Positions 39,590-48,430 of a stretch of DNA of 64,000 bases are shown one piece after another. The stretch comes from an uncultured Actinomycetes bacterium. GTDB lineage: Bacteria; Actinomycetota; Acidimicrobiia; IMCC26256; PALSA-610. Numbering within the stretch: position 1 is the stretch's first letter; each line of letters starts with the position of its first letter. Where the stretch lies: positions 949,583 through 1,013,582 of the forward strand of contig CAWIFT010000003.1 of the NCBI GenBank assembly GCA_963835455.1, in the 5' to 3' direction. The position numbers and the translations under genes are program-made. The notes under the pieces were generated by a model. That model was not told the origin of the DNA, ran no database searches, and was given only the letters and a program-made list of their open reading frames with translations.

Positions 39590-39816
39590 CGATACCCCCG
39601 GTGCTCTGACTGGAGATATCGGTCGAACAGGTCGCGAATCTTGATCGTTCCGATGAGTCCATCCTGAAAGCGGCTGCTCATCTCTGTCGATCCGGACGCT
39701 CCCGTACCCTCACGTCATGGCCGACGTTCGCGATTTCATCGAGCAGGTTCGGAGTAGAGACGAGCCCGAGGCTTCTGGAACCCGAAGACAACGCCTCGCT
39801 CGGTGCGCTCCCGAGG

Positions 39817-40017
39817 TTGCATCAGGCCACAGTCGTTCGCGCCGACGCGCTCGAGGTTGGTCAACTGGAGATCGATTTCGGGGACGGCAGCACCATCGTC
39901 GTCGAACCGGATGGCAACTACGAGAACTTCAACGTCACAACCCCTGATGGGGAGATGTTGATCGGTCTTCCCTCGGGTGGCATCGCGAGTTTCCCGGCGA
40001 GGTCAAGCGGGAAGTAG
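39817..40017 (+). CDS. hypothetical small protein
   Basis: A 66-aa ORF with a TTG start reads ...VVRADALEVGQLEIDFGDGSTIVVEPDGNYENFNVTTPDGEMLIGLP. The frame is open far upstream with no start codon. Confidence 0.3.
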   Translation: MHQATVVRADALEVGQLEIDFGDGSTIVVEPDGNYENFNVTTPDGEMLIGLPSGGIASFPARSSGK

Positions 40018-40046
40018 TTGCCGATCGGCACTCGCCGCCGTTGGGC

Positions 40047-40436
40047 TTATTCGGGTTGGAAGATCGCGATGGTGTTGCCGTCGGGGTCTTTGAACCAGGC
40101 CGAGCGGCCGATGCCGGGCGAGGTGACGACGTGGTCGACCGTCTTGAACGCACCCATGTCGTACTCCTCGAACTCGATACCTCGCCCGACGAGTGCGGCG
40201 ACGTCCTTGTCGACGTCCGAGGTCCAGAACCGGACCTGCGTGTGGTCGGCGTTGTTGCCGCTCGGACGGCCGTAGATCAGCAGTGTCGTCCCGTTCCCGC
40301 AGTCGAAGAGCAGGTGGTTCTTGATCGTCTCCGACGACAGGGCCAAGCCGACCTTGTGCTCGTAGAAGTCTTGACTCTTCTGCAAGTCGGTCGAGACCAG
40401 TACCGCGGAGATCTTGTTGTCGCCCACCATGATCAT
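40047..40436 (-). CDS. VOC/glyoxalase family protein
   Basis: 129 aa. VLVSTDLQKSQDFYEHKVGL and AWFKDPDGNTIAIFQPE are present. Confidence 0.8.
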   Translation of the reverse strand: MIMVGDNKISAVLVSTDLQKSQDFYEHKVGLALSSETIKNHLLFDCGNGTTLLIYGRPSGNNADHTQVRFWTSDVDKDVAALVGRGIEFEEYDMGAFKTVDHVVTSPGIGRSAWFKDPDGNTIAIFQPE

Positions 40437-40523
40437 TTCCTCCTGTCGACGGTGATGTGAGCTACCGACCCGAACCGCGATCCCTGCGCTTCCGCGCGCC
40501 GAGATCGCGGTTCGGGCAACCGG

Positions 40524-40811
40524 TCAAGGCATGAACTTGTAGACGGCGATCTCGGTTTCGTCGGGGGGTGTCGGGAACCCACCTTCGATGCCCTGTTGCA
40601 TCCGCGGCATCAAGATGTCGTCGCGGAACCGCTCCCAGCTCTGCTTGGACTCGTGCACGGCCAGGATCGTCCAGCCGCCCGGTGCAGTACCGGCCGCGTG
40701 GAACAGCTGACCCTCGGGCAACTGGCCATCGCCGGGATGTACGGCCGCAATCGATGCTTCGTAGTTCTCCTTGGTGCCGCCGGGGAAGTGGTGGATGATC
40801 GCAAACGCCAT
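40524..40811 (-). CDS. small (95 aa) alpha/beta-barrel-like hypothetical protein
   Basis: MAFAIIHHFPGGTKENYEASIAAVHPGDGQLPEGQLFHAAG..WTILAVHESKQSWERF is present. The gene is divergent from a MarR gene. Confidence 0.55.
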   Translation of the reverse strand: MAFAIIHHFPGGTKENYEASIAAVHPGDGQLPEGQLFHAAGTAPGGWTILAVHESKQSWERFRDDILMPRMQQGIEGGFPTPPDETEIAVYKFMP

Positions 40812-40837
40812 GACGCCTCGGTTCGTGGTGTTGATGT

Positions 40838-40854
40838 TTTCCTACGAAAGGAAA
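40838..40854. promoter_or_regulatory. short inverted repeat in the MarR divergent intergenic region
   Basis: The site TTTCCT-acgaa-AGGAAA lies between the gene starts at 40811 (-) and 40868 (+). Confidence 0.35.
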
Positions 40855-40867
40855 TATACTGGCCGGC

Positions 40868-41353
40868 GTGGCGAAGTCAAGACCCCAACACGAGTTCCTC
40901 GATCCCGACGAGTGGGAGTCGTGGGGCGCGCTGATGATGCTGCACCGCTCGGTACTCCAGCATCTCGATATCGAGATGCGCCGCGCGCACGACCTGGCCA
41001 TCACCGAGTTCGACGTACTGATCACGCTGTTCAACGCGCCCGATCGGCGACTGGGCATGTCCGACCTCGCCGATCGGGTGCTCCTCAGCCCGGCGGGTAC
41101 GACGCATCTGGTGACGCGCCTCGAACGAGACGGCCTTGTTCGGCGCGAGGTCGACCCCACCGACCGGCGCAAGTGGTTCACGGTGCTCACCGACAACGGC
41201 GATCGCGCACTCCAAGCCGCCCGCCGCACCCACAATGACGTCCTCCGACGAACCCTCCTCGCCGACACGACCTCCGCCGAACGCCGAACGCTGCGCCGCA
41301 TCTGGCAACGCCTGTCGGTACGGCAGCCGCATCCACTCAGTCCCTCCGACTAG
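40868..41353 (+). CDS. MarR family transcriptional regulator
   Basis: 161 aa. LAITEFDVLITLFNAPDRRLGMSDLADRVLLSPAGTTHLVTRLERDGLVRREVDPTDRRKWFTVLT is present. Confidence 0.85.
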   Translation: MAKSRPQHEFLDPDEWESWGALMMLHRSVLQHLDIEMRRAHDLAITEFDVLITLFNAPDRRLGMSDLADRVLLSPAGTTHLVTRLERDGLVRREVDPTDRRKWFTVLTDNGDRALQAARRTHNDVLRRTLLADTTSAERRTLRRIWQRLSVRQPHPLSPSD

Positions 41354-41455
41354 GCACGCGGCCGAACTCCACCGATCGCGGAAGTGATGCGCGAGTGATG
41401 CGCGCCCGGTGCCATCGTCCTTCTCGGACGATGACACCGCTCGATAGGAGGCGCG

Positions 41456-41716
41456 ATGACCACGGTGATGATCTTCCATGAAGTCGACGATGTCGATCAC
41501 TGGTGTCGCTCACCCAAGCGCGAAGAGTTCTTCGGGCCTCTCGGGATGACGGTGCGTACCTTCGTCGATCCGGACGAGACGAAGCGGGTGGGGCTGATCG
41601 TCACGGTGCCCGACCTGGACACGCTCCGAAGCGCGCTCGCGACCCAAGCCGCCGCCGACGCCATGAAGTTCGACGGTGTGCGCCCCGAGACCATCGTGAT
41701 GCTCGTCGAGTCGTAA
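41456..41716 (+). CDS. hypothetical small protein (86 aa)
   Basis: MTTVMIFHEVDDVDHWCRSPKREEFFGPLGMTVRTFVDPDETKRVGLIVTVPDLDTL has coding-like composition. I recognise no family. Confidence 0.5.
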   Translation: MTTVMIFHEVDDVDHWCRSPKREEFFGPLGMTVRTFVDPDETKRVGLIVTVPDLDTLRSALATQAAADAMKFDGVRPETIVMLVES

Positions 41717-41758
41717 CGAACGCGTCGTAGCGAACGCCAGGAGACAAGGGGCAGGGCA

Positions 41759-41956
41759 ATGGCGGGCGGCCTCCCCGCAAGTGTCGCGTTGCCGGTGCAC
41801 GCGGCCACTCGTGATCACCGACTCGGCGTCTGTATTTGGGAAGGCGAATCGGTCGCGGCGGTGCGCGAGGTCGTCGAGGGCGCGGTCGGACCGTACGCCG
41901 ACAACGAGTACTCCGAGATGGAAGTCGACGGACTCACTCCGCAGCTGCGGAGCTGA
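41759..41956 (+). CDS. hypothetical small protein (65 aa)
   Basis: The segment ...RLGVCIWEGESVAAVREVVEGAVGPYADNEYSEMEV is present. This may be the C-terminal remnant of a longer small-domain protein. Confidence 0.35.
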   Translation: MAGGLPASVALPVHAATRDHRLGVCIWEGESVAAVREVVEGAVGPYADNEYSEMEVDGLTPQLRS

Positions 41957-41997
41957 CCGGTTCCCGCAACGGCAACGAATTCGCAACTGGAGGAAGC

Positions 41998-42846
41998 ATG
42001 ACGTTCGCCCCGATCGCACCGACCACCAACGTCGCACCGACGAAGATCGCGAGCGACACGTACGCGATTCACCAGGTGCAGCCGGCCCTCGGTCAGCCGC
42101 GGTTCGTGTACATCAACTCGAAGGTGATCCTCGGGGAGGAGCCCGTCATCGTCGACACGGGCACGCCCGCGAACCGGAAGCAATGGCTGGACGACGTCTT
42201 CTCGCTCGTGGAGCCGGAGGATGTTCGCTGGATCTTCCTTTCGCACGACGACGTCGATCACGCGGGCAACCTCGACGAGACCTTGACCGCATGCCCGAAC
42301 GCGAAGTTGGTGTGCAACTGGGCGATGGTCGAACGGCATGCGAACTGCTTCGACTTCCCGCTGGAGCGCTGCCGATGGATCGTGGACGGCGAGTCGTTCG
42401 ACGTCGGAGACCGGACACTGCACGCGTTGCGTCCACCCGTGTTCGATTCGCCGACGACCCGCGGTCTGTACGACTCGACGACCGGCGTGTACTGGGCCGT
42501 CGACACGTTCGCGACGCCACTCCCGGATCCGAGCATGACGATTGCGGATCTCGACGAGGAGTTCTGGTTCCACGGCTTGTGGATGTTCGCACTGGGTGCC
42601 GTGAGCCCGTGGTTGACGATGCTCGACACCGACAAGTACGGCGCGTCGGTCGACCGCGTGCAGAACCTCGACATCACGACGATCGCGAGCTGTCACAGCC
42701 CGGTGATCGAGGGCCCGTTCATCGAGCGGGCAGCGCGCGCGCCGAGGATTCGTGGTACAGATGAGCACTTGCGGGGGTGTAGTGCGGATACGAGGCCGAA
42801 GCGGTGTCGGCTTCCTTGTCGGGCGGCGCGGCTGGTAGAACCGTGA
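41998..42846 (+). CDS. MBL-fold metallo-hydrolase
   Basis: The ATG at 41998 follows GGAGGAAG. FLSHDDVDHAGN is an HxHxDH-type motif variant. The last ~35 codons have poor codon bias, so the true C-terminus is uncertain. Confidence 0.7.
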   Translation: MTFAPIAPTTNVAPTKIASDTYAIHQVQPALGQPRFVYINSKVILGEEPVIVDTGTPANRKQWLDDVFSLVEPEDVRWIFLSHDDVDHAGNLDETLTACPNAKLVCNWAMVERHANCFDFPLERCRWIVDGESFDVGDRTLHALRPPVFDSPTTRGLYDSTTGVYWAVDTFATPLPDPSMTIADLDEEFWFHGLWMFALGAVSPWLTMLDTDKYGASVDRVQNLDITTIASCHSPVIEGPFIERAARAPRIRGTDEHLRGCSADTRPKRCRLPCRAARLVEP

Positions 42847-42933
42847 CGACCGGCGCCGGGCGGCAGTGCCGACCAGGCCAACGCATGACGTCGCGGCCAT
42901 CGATTTGTACGTCAATCCAGGAGGCGAGGACAC

Positions 42934-43878
42934 ATGAGGTTGTCAAGGATGCTGAAGGCCGCGACCGCGATCGTTGCGGTCGCGGGACTGGCGGTCGCAA
43001 TGGCGGTCCCGGCCGGGGCAGACCCCGAACACGGTGACTTCCATTGGGGACACGGTCACATGTCTCGAACGTCGACGTGTACGGGCACCGTGGCGTCACC
43101 GGGCGTGCTCGCCGGGTCGTATGCAAACGTCGTCGTTGCCGGAGTGTGCTTCGTGAACGGGGGCGCGGCGACGATCGCCGGTGACCTCGTCATCGCTCCG
43201 ACCGGAGCGTTGAACGCGACGTTCGCGCTGAACGACATGACCGGGACCGGCACCTCGAGTCTGACGGTGAACCACGATGTCGTCGTGCAGCGGGGTGGCG
43301 TCTTGGTGATGGGTTGCGAACCGAACTTCTCCGAGTGCAGCGACGACACGGACCCCAACGGCGGCGTCCTGACGGGCGAGAACACGGTTCACGGCGATCT
43401 CGTCGCGTTCGGGCCGTTGGGCGTGGTCGTGCACGCCAGCACCATCGGCGGAAACGTGTTCGAGCAGGGTGGCGGCGGCGGTGTCAACTGCACGCCTTCG
43501 GGTGTCTTCGCGGCGTTCGGGTCTCCCGCGTACAGCGACTACGAGGACAACACAATCGGCGGGAACCTTGCCGTGATCGGCCTGCAGACCTGTTGGCTCG
43601 GCAGCCTGCGGAACATCGTGGGCGGGAGCCTCGTGGACATCGGGAACAAGATGGCCGACCCTGACGCGGGCGAGGTCCTCCAGAACACCGTGCACGGCAA
43701 CATCGCGTGCTTCGCGAACAGCCCGGCAGTGCAGTTCGGAGACTCCGGTGCAGCCCCCAACGTTGTCAGCGGCTTCGCGTTCGGTCAGTGCGGCTTCAAC
43801 GTGATGAGCCCCGACCCGAACTACCCGAACGGCGACGGCACCGGCGGGCCGCAGCCCATCTCGGTGAAGGCCGCGTAG
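42934..43878 (+). CDS. secreted hypothetical protein, Gly/Val/Asn-rich (beta-helix-like)
   Basis: The signal peptide is MRLSRMLKAATAIVAVAGLAVAMAVPAGA/DP. Recurrent short G-x-V/L-x-V strands occur (GDLVIAPTGALNATF, HDVVVQRGGVLVMG, GDLVAFGPLGVVVHA, GNLAVIG, GSLVDIG). Confidence 0.6.
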   Translation: MRLSRMLKAATAIVAVAGLAVAMAVPAGADPEHGDFHWGHGHMSRTSTCTGTVASPGVLAGSYANVVVAGVCFVNGGAATIAGDLVIAPTGALNATFALNDMTGTGTSSLTVNHDVVVQRGGVLVMGCEPNFSECSDDTDPNGGVLTGENTVHGDLVAFGPLGVVVHASTIGGNVFEQGGGGGVNCTPSGVFAAFGSPAYSDYEDNTIGGNLAVIGLQTCWLGSLRNIVGGSLVDIGNKMADPDAGEVLQNTVHGNIACFANSPAVQFGDSGAAPNVVSGFAFGQCGFNVMSPDPNYPNGDGTGGPQPISVKAA

Positions 43879-43920
43879 CGACGCGGCGCGACGCGCGTCG
43901 GACCGACCGCAGAAGCGAAC

Positions 43921-43948
43921 GATGGGCCGACCTCACGGTCGGCCCATC
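43921..43948 (+). terminator. perfect 12-bp stem hairpin downstream of the secreted protein gene
   Basis: The hairpin is GATGGGCCGACC-tcac-GGTCGGCCCATC, 43 nt after the stop at 43878. There is no U-tract, which is common in high-G+C actinobacteria. Confidence 0.55.
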
Positions 43949-44206
43949 CGCGCCTCGTCCACTCGCGCCGGCGCGCGGCGCACAATCGACGTCGGAGGTG
44001 CACCTGCGACTTTGGAGTCGCCAAGGTGTATTGCCGGCAACATCGGTACCGATGGCCTGGTATCGCTGACTCTGGCCGACCGGCGGTCTGCCAACGCCCG
44101 CCGCTGGTTCCGCACAAGCGCACGCTGCGCGCCGGAGCGCGAAACTGTGGGTTCGGTGAGCGGACGGCATTTCCTACCGGCGCGCCAAGGGCGGTGGCGC
44201 AACGTC

Positions 44207-45228
44207 ATGAGCACGGGCGTCGCGCTCGTCGCGTTCGTCGTGCTCGGGTTCTGCGTCAATACGGCGGTGCGCATGCCCTGCCACGACGTGTGCGGCCTCG
44301 ACATCGGACGCATGTACGAGGACCACCACATCGATCGCCAACATCCCCCTTACTTCTCTCGCGAGCTCGAGTATCCGCCGCTCATCGGCGAGGTGATGTA
44401 CGTCGCGCACGAACCGTTCGCGCACGGGCTGCGGAACCCGTTTCTCGCCAACATGGTTCTGCTGACCGCGCTGGCCGCGGGGACGACGTGGATGTTGTGG
44501 CGCCGCGACGGCGAGCGGGCCTGGCGCTGGGCGCTGGCGCCACCCGTGCTCGTACAAGGTCTCCAGAACTGGGACATGCTCGCCGTGGCACCCGCGACGA
44601 TCGGACTGTTGCAGTGGGAGAACGGTCTCGCCCTGACTGCCGGGCTGCTGCTCGGGGTGGGCGCGGCCGCGAAGTTGTTCCCGGCGCTGTTCGTTCCGAT
44701 TCGCGGCGAGTTCATCGCGGTCAGCGGCGGCACGTCTCCGGGCCGGATCGGTGTTCGTGCTGCCCTCTACGTGGTCCACGCTCGCTGGATTTCTTCCTTC
44801 GCTCCACGGCGACGGCCCGGACCGGCCGACGGATCGTGTTCCACGGCCGTCATGCCGCTCGGCGCGGCATCTCGCCGTCTCGGGGCATGCGCCCTCTCGC
44901 GACGATCGCATGTCTCGTCACGAGCAAGATCTATTCCCCGCAATACGACCTCTGGATCGTGCCCTTTTTCGTCTTGCTTCCGATACGGACCAAGTTGGTC
45001 GCGAACTTCTATGCCGCCAGCTTCGCCGTGTTCGTCCTGACGGCCAGCGACGATCACGTGCTCCACCGTCCGGTATCCGGCTATGCCCTCGGTCTCGCCG
45101 TTGTCTACCGGCTGATCGTGTATGTGCTCGTGGCGCGCGACGTGCTGCGAACCGAGGTCACGAGCACGGTCGATCCCGTGACCATCGATCTTCGTGTCGA
45201 TCGCTCGGACGACGGCGTCAGGTCGTGA
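44207..45228 (+). pseudogene. DUF2029/GT87-like integral membrane glycosyltransferase, frame-shifted between about 44700 and 44900
   Basis: The N-terminal part (MSTGVALVAFVVLGF, ELEYPPLIG, AAKLFPALFVPI) is in frame 2. The C-terminal part (LVTSKIYSPQYDLWIVPFFVLLP...) is in frame 1. The span is 1022 nt, which is 3n+2. Confidence 0.6.
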
Positions 45229-46606
45229 GTTGCTCGAGGTTGCGTATCGCGGGGCCCATGTTGTCGGCGAGCGATACGAAGGCGTTTTGGACCTGGGGGT
45301 CGTCGAAGTGGTCGGCGGCGCCGCGTCCGGGGTTGAGGCGGCATCTCTCGGTCCACGCTCCGAGGTCCGGCTCGGCCCCGCGGGCGATGAGGCCGGTCAT
45401 GCCCGCCAACGCGAGTCGAAGGATGTCGGATGCCTCGCCGGTGAACGCGACGGGCGGACAGAGCTCGTTCTTGCGGTCGTCGCCTCGGTCCGAAGCTTCG
45501 ACCGCGGCGATGGTGGCCGCGCTCCAGGGCGCGACGCCGATCGTGACGTATTGCATCGTGATGCGGTCGCCGTCGAAGACCGCACGGGGCTCGACGGGTT
45601 GCACGCCCGCGGCGGTGCAGTCGACGTAGACCTCGTGGGGATCACTCGGCAGATCCGCATCGTCGAACGCGATCCGTTGTGTGCCGATCCGGCGGACGCG
45701 GCCGAGCCGGACAACGTTGTCGATCTGTCGCAAGGAGTCCAGTTCGAGCCCGCTCACCGTCGCGCCCCGGAACACCTCGGGCCGAACGCTCGGATCGATC
45801 CGGACCATGATGTCATCGGCTTCGAGTCCGTCGATGAAGCTCCGCGTGCCATCGCATTCGGCGGCGTGGGCGACGAAACGCGCTTGCAGCTGCATATACG
45901 ACGCGACGAGGTCCAAGGGCTGCATGTAGGTGCGGTTGAAGAACCAACCGTCACGGGGGCGTATCCACCGGATCCGGTTTGCATCGACGCCGGTGTCGAT
46001 CAGCCAGTTGCAGGTGTCCATCGCCGTCTTGCCTGCGCCGATGATCGTGAACCCGCTCGCGGGTTCGGCCAGATCGACCAGGTCGTTCGGTGGCAGCATC
46101 CGCACGTCGGAATCGATCACGAATGCCGGCGTGTGCCGCGACGGTATCGACGACTCGATGTAGGTCGCGTCGACCACCTTGCGCCGCACGTGCACGCGGG
46201 TCGCGGCGCCGGTCAGCAACGACACGAAGAGGTGACCGTCCGTGTCCGCGCCCCGGTAGTCGCACATCGCGAAGAACCGCACCCGACCCGACGCAACCAA
46301 CTCGTCTTCGAGCACCCGATTGAAGTAGTCAACGATTTCCGCCGCGGTAGCCCGCTCGTAGAAGCCCGCGTTCGGTCCGACATCGTCGACACGGTTCTGT
46401 CCCAACACGCGCGAGTTGACGCCGTAATAGGCCGACGGCTGGTGCAACCGCACGAACGGATACGCATCCAACCAGTGACCGCCCGGTCGATGGCGGCGGT
46501 CGACGAGCACGACATCGGCGTCCGACTCGGCGACCAGTGCGTCCGCGAAGGCCATTCCCGTCGCGCCCGCGCCCACTACGAGATAGTCGGTCTCGATCTC
46601 TCGCAC
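45218..46606 (-). CDS. FAD/NAD(P)-binding oxidoreductase
   Basis: 462 aa. The first dinucleotide motif is DYLVVGAGATGMAFADAL, and a second is FTIIGAGKTAMDTCNWL. Confidence 0.8.
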   Translation of the reverse strand: MREIETDYLVVGAGATGMAFADALVAESDADVVLVDRRHRPGGHWLDAYPFVRLHQPSAYYGVNSRVLGQNRVDDVGPNAGFYERATAAEIVDYFNRVLEDELVASGRVRFFAMCDYRGADTDGHLFVSLLTGAATRVHVRRKVVDATYIESSIPSRHTPAFVIDSDVRMLPPNDLVDLAEPASGFTIIGAGKTAMDTCNWLIDTGVDANRIRWIRPRDGWFFNRTYMQPLDLVASYMQLQARFVAHAAECDGTRSFIDGLEADDIMVRIDPSVRPEVFRGATVSGLELDSLRQIDNVVRLGRVRRIGTQRIAFDDADLPSDPHEVYVDCTAAGVQPVEPRAVFDGDRITMQYVTIGVAPWSAATIAAVEASDRGDDRKNELCPPVAFTGEASDILRLALAGMTGLIARGAEPDLGAWTERCRLNPGRGAADHFDDPQVQNAFVSLADNMGPAIRNLEQLTT

Positions 46607-46879
46607 GACACTTCAACCTCCGCCATCGGCCGCGTTATCGAGCGGTATGAGCCGCGTAGGAATGATGCCCGATCCGGGCGGATCCGGCGAGTACCGGAGG
46701 ATGATGTCCCGGAGCCCGGAGTCGTAGCCGCCGGGCCGCGGCGCGCGATCATTGCTCGTGACCGTGTGCGATCCGGAGGCGTTCGGCGGGTGAAGTCCGT
46801 CTCGGCGAGTGCGGCGACGCGCTCGGATGAATCGGAGCGACTGGAGTGCCCGCCGACGGACCAGCGCCGTGCGCCGAGT

Positions 46880-48402
46880 ATGTCCGCCGGCCTCGATCTC
46901 ACCGACGCATTGCTGGTCGGCGCACTCATGGTCACGACATTCCTGGTTCATCCGGTTGCCTTGATGATGAGGCGGCCCTACTGGGTCGACGAGGCGTGGG
47001 TCGCGGATCTCACGCGGCTGCCTTTCGCGCGGTCTTTGAGTTTGAGCTCGAGCACGCCGGTGGGCTGGCTCGCGCTGTTGCATTTGATCCCCGGCGAGGC
47101 GTTGCAGCGCGGGCGCGTATTGACCCTGGCGTTTGCGATCTTGTCCTCCGCCGCGGCGTATGTTCTCGCTCGCGGCTTGATGTGGCGCACCCGAGGTGCT
47201 GCTCGCGTCGCCGGCGTCGTGGTTGCCGTCGCCGTGAGCTTCGTTCCGATCGCGATCGAGCGAAACGACCTCAAGCAATACACAGCTGACGCCTTCTTTG
47301 CACTGGCGCTGCTGACCGTGACGAGGGCCGTGGACAGCAGCCCGCGCTCACGGTCCGTCGTATGGCTCGGTGTCGTCGCCGTGGTAGCGGTGTTGTTCAG
47401 CTCGACGTCTGCCTTCGTGTCGGTCGCCTGCTTTACCGGGCTGCTGGCGACGTCGCTCGCGAGGGGAACGCGCCGCGAGCCCGAACCACTCTGCTGGTGG
47501 GTGGCGTCGCAGCCATCGGATTGGCCTGCGTGTTCGGGTTGACCGTGCTTCCGCACGGCAACTCCGCGCTCACCGCGTTCTGGCAGCACGCCTACCTCAC
47601 GGGCGGCCCGCTACGAATGTTCGACGAAGCATGGAAGCGGCTCAACGGCCTGTCGGGACTCTTGATGCCAAGTGTGCTCTTCGTCGCGCTCGTCCCGCTC
47701 GGCGTCTTCGCGCTCACTCGGCTGCGCGCCACGGCGGTGGCGATCGCGCTGCCGATGCTGTGGCTCGAGATGGTCGTCGCCGCCCGCTTCAGGAAGTACC
47801 CGTTTCTCGACCAGCGCACGTTTCATTTCGTACTCATTCCATCCGTCGCGGTAATCGCAATCGGCGTCGTCTGGGTGCTCTTACAGCTCGCAAGGCGATC
47901 ACGTGTCGCGGGGCTGATCGGTGCCCTCGTTGCCGCTGCTCTCTTCGCGGTCGGCGTTGCGCCGCACTGGCGCGCGTTCGGCGTGCCCGACGGCTCGGAA
48001 GACGTCCGTACGCAGGTTGCCTATGTCGCGCGCGAAGCCACACCGACGGACGTCATCCTCGTGAACTCGTCAGGGGACTTCGGATTCGCGTATTACTGGC
48101 CACGCGACCCGGTGTTCGCGACGAAAGACGACTCCCGGTCGAACGGCTTCGTGATGCAAGTTCGTAACCCGAACGTGATCATGGCTTCCGGGCGGGAGAG
48201 ACCGACGATTCTCAAAGCACTGCAACGGGCGCTCGCGCGACAACTGCGGGCCCGGACCGGGAGTCGTATCTTCATCGTTCGGACGCACATGTCGGTCGGC
48301 GAAGCAAAGGCCTGGTCAGAGGAGTTCCGGGCGCTTGGTCTACAACCGCGCGCAATCGGGAGCGGACCGGAAACCTTGAGCGTGATCGATCCCCGCCGCT
48401 GA
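46880..48402 (+). pseudogene. GT-C-type (ArnT/PMT-like) membrane glycosyltransferase-like protein, frame-shifted near 47470-47490
   Basis: The part from 46880 (MSAGLDLTDALLVGALMV, RRPYWVDEAWV, ...TGLLATSLARG) is in frame 2. The continuation (TTLLVGGVAAIGLACVFGLTVLPHGNS... to 48402) is in frame 1. The span is 1523 nt, which is 3n+2. The family call is tentative. Confidence 0.55.
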
Positions 48403-48430
48403 GTCGAGCTTTCCCTCGGCGTGCCGCGGT

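Noticed and set aside
38434-42000. Calling the lower-G+C islet a mobile element or genomic island
   Set aside because: I could identify no integrase, transposase, tRNA/tmRNA target, terminal inverted repeats or flanking direct repeats. It is reported only as a compositional anomaly.
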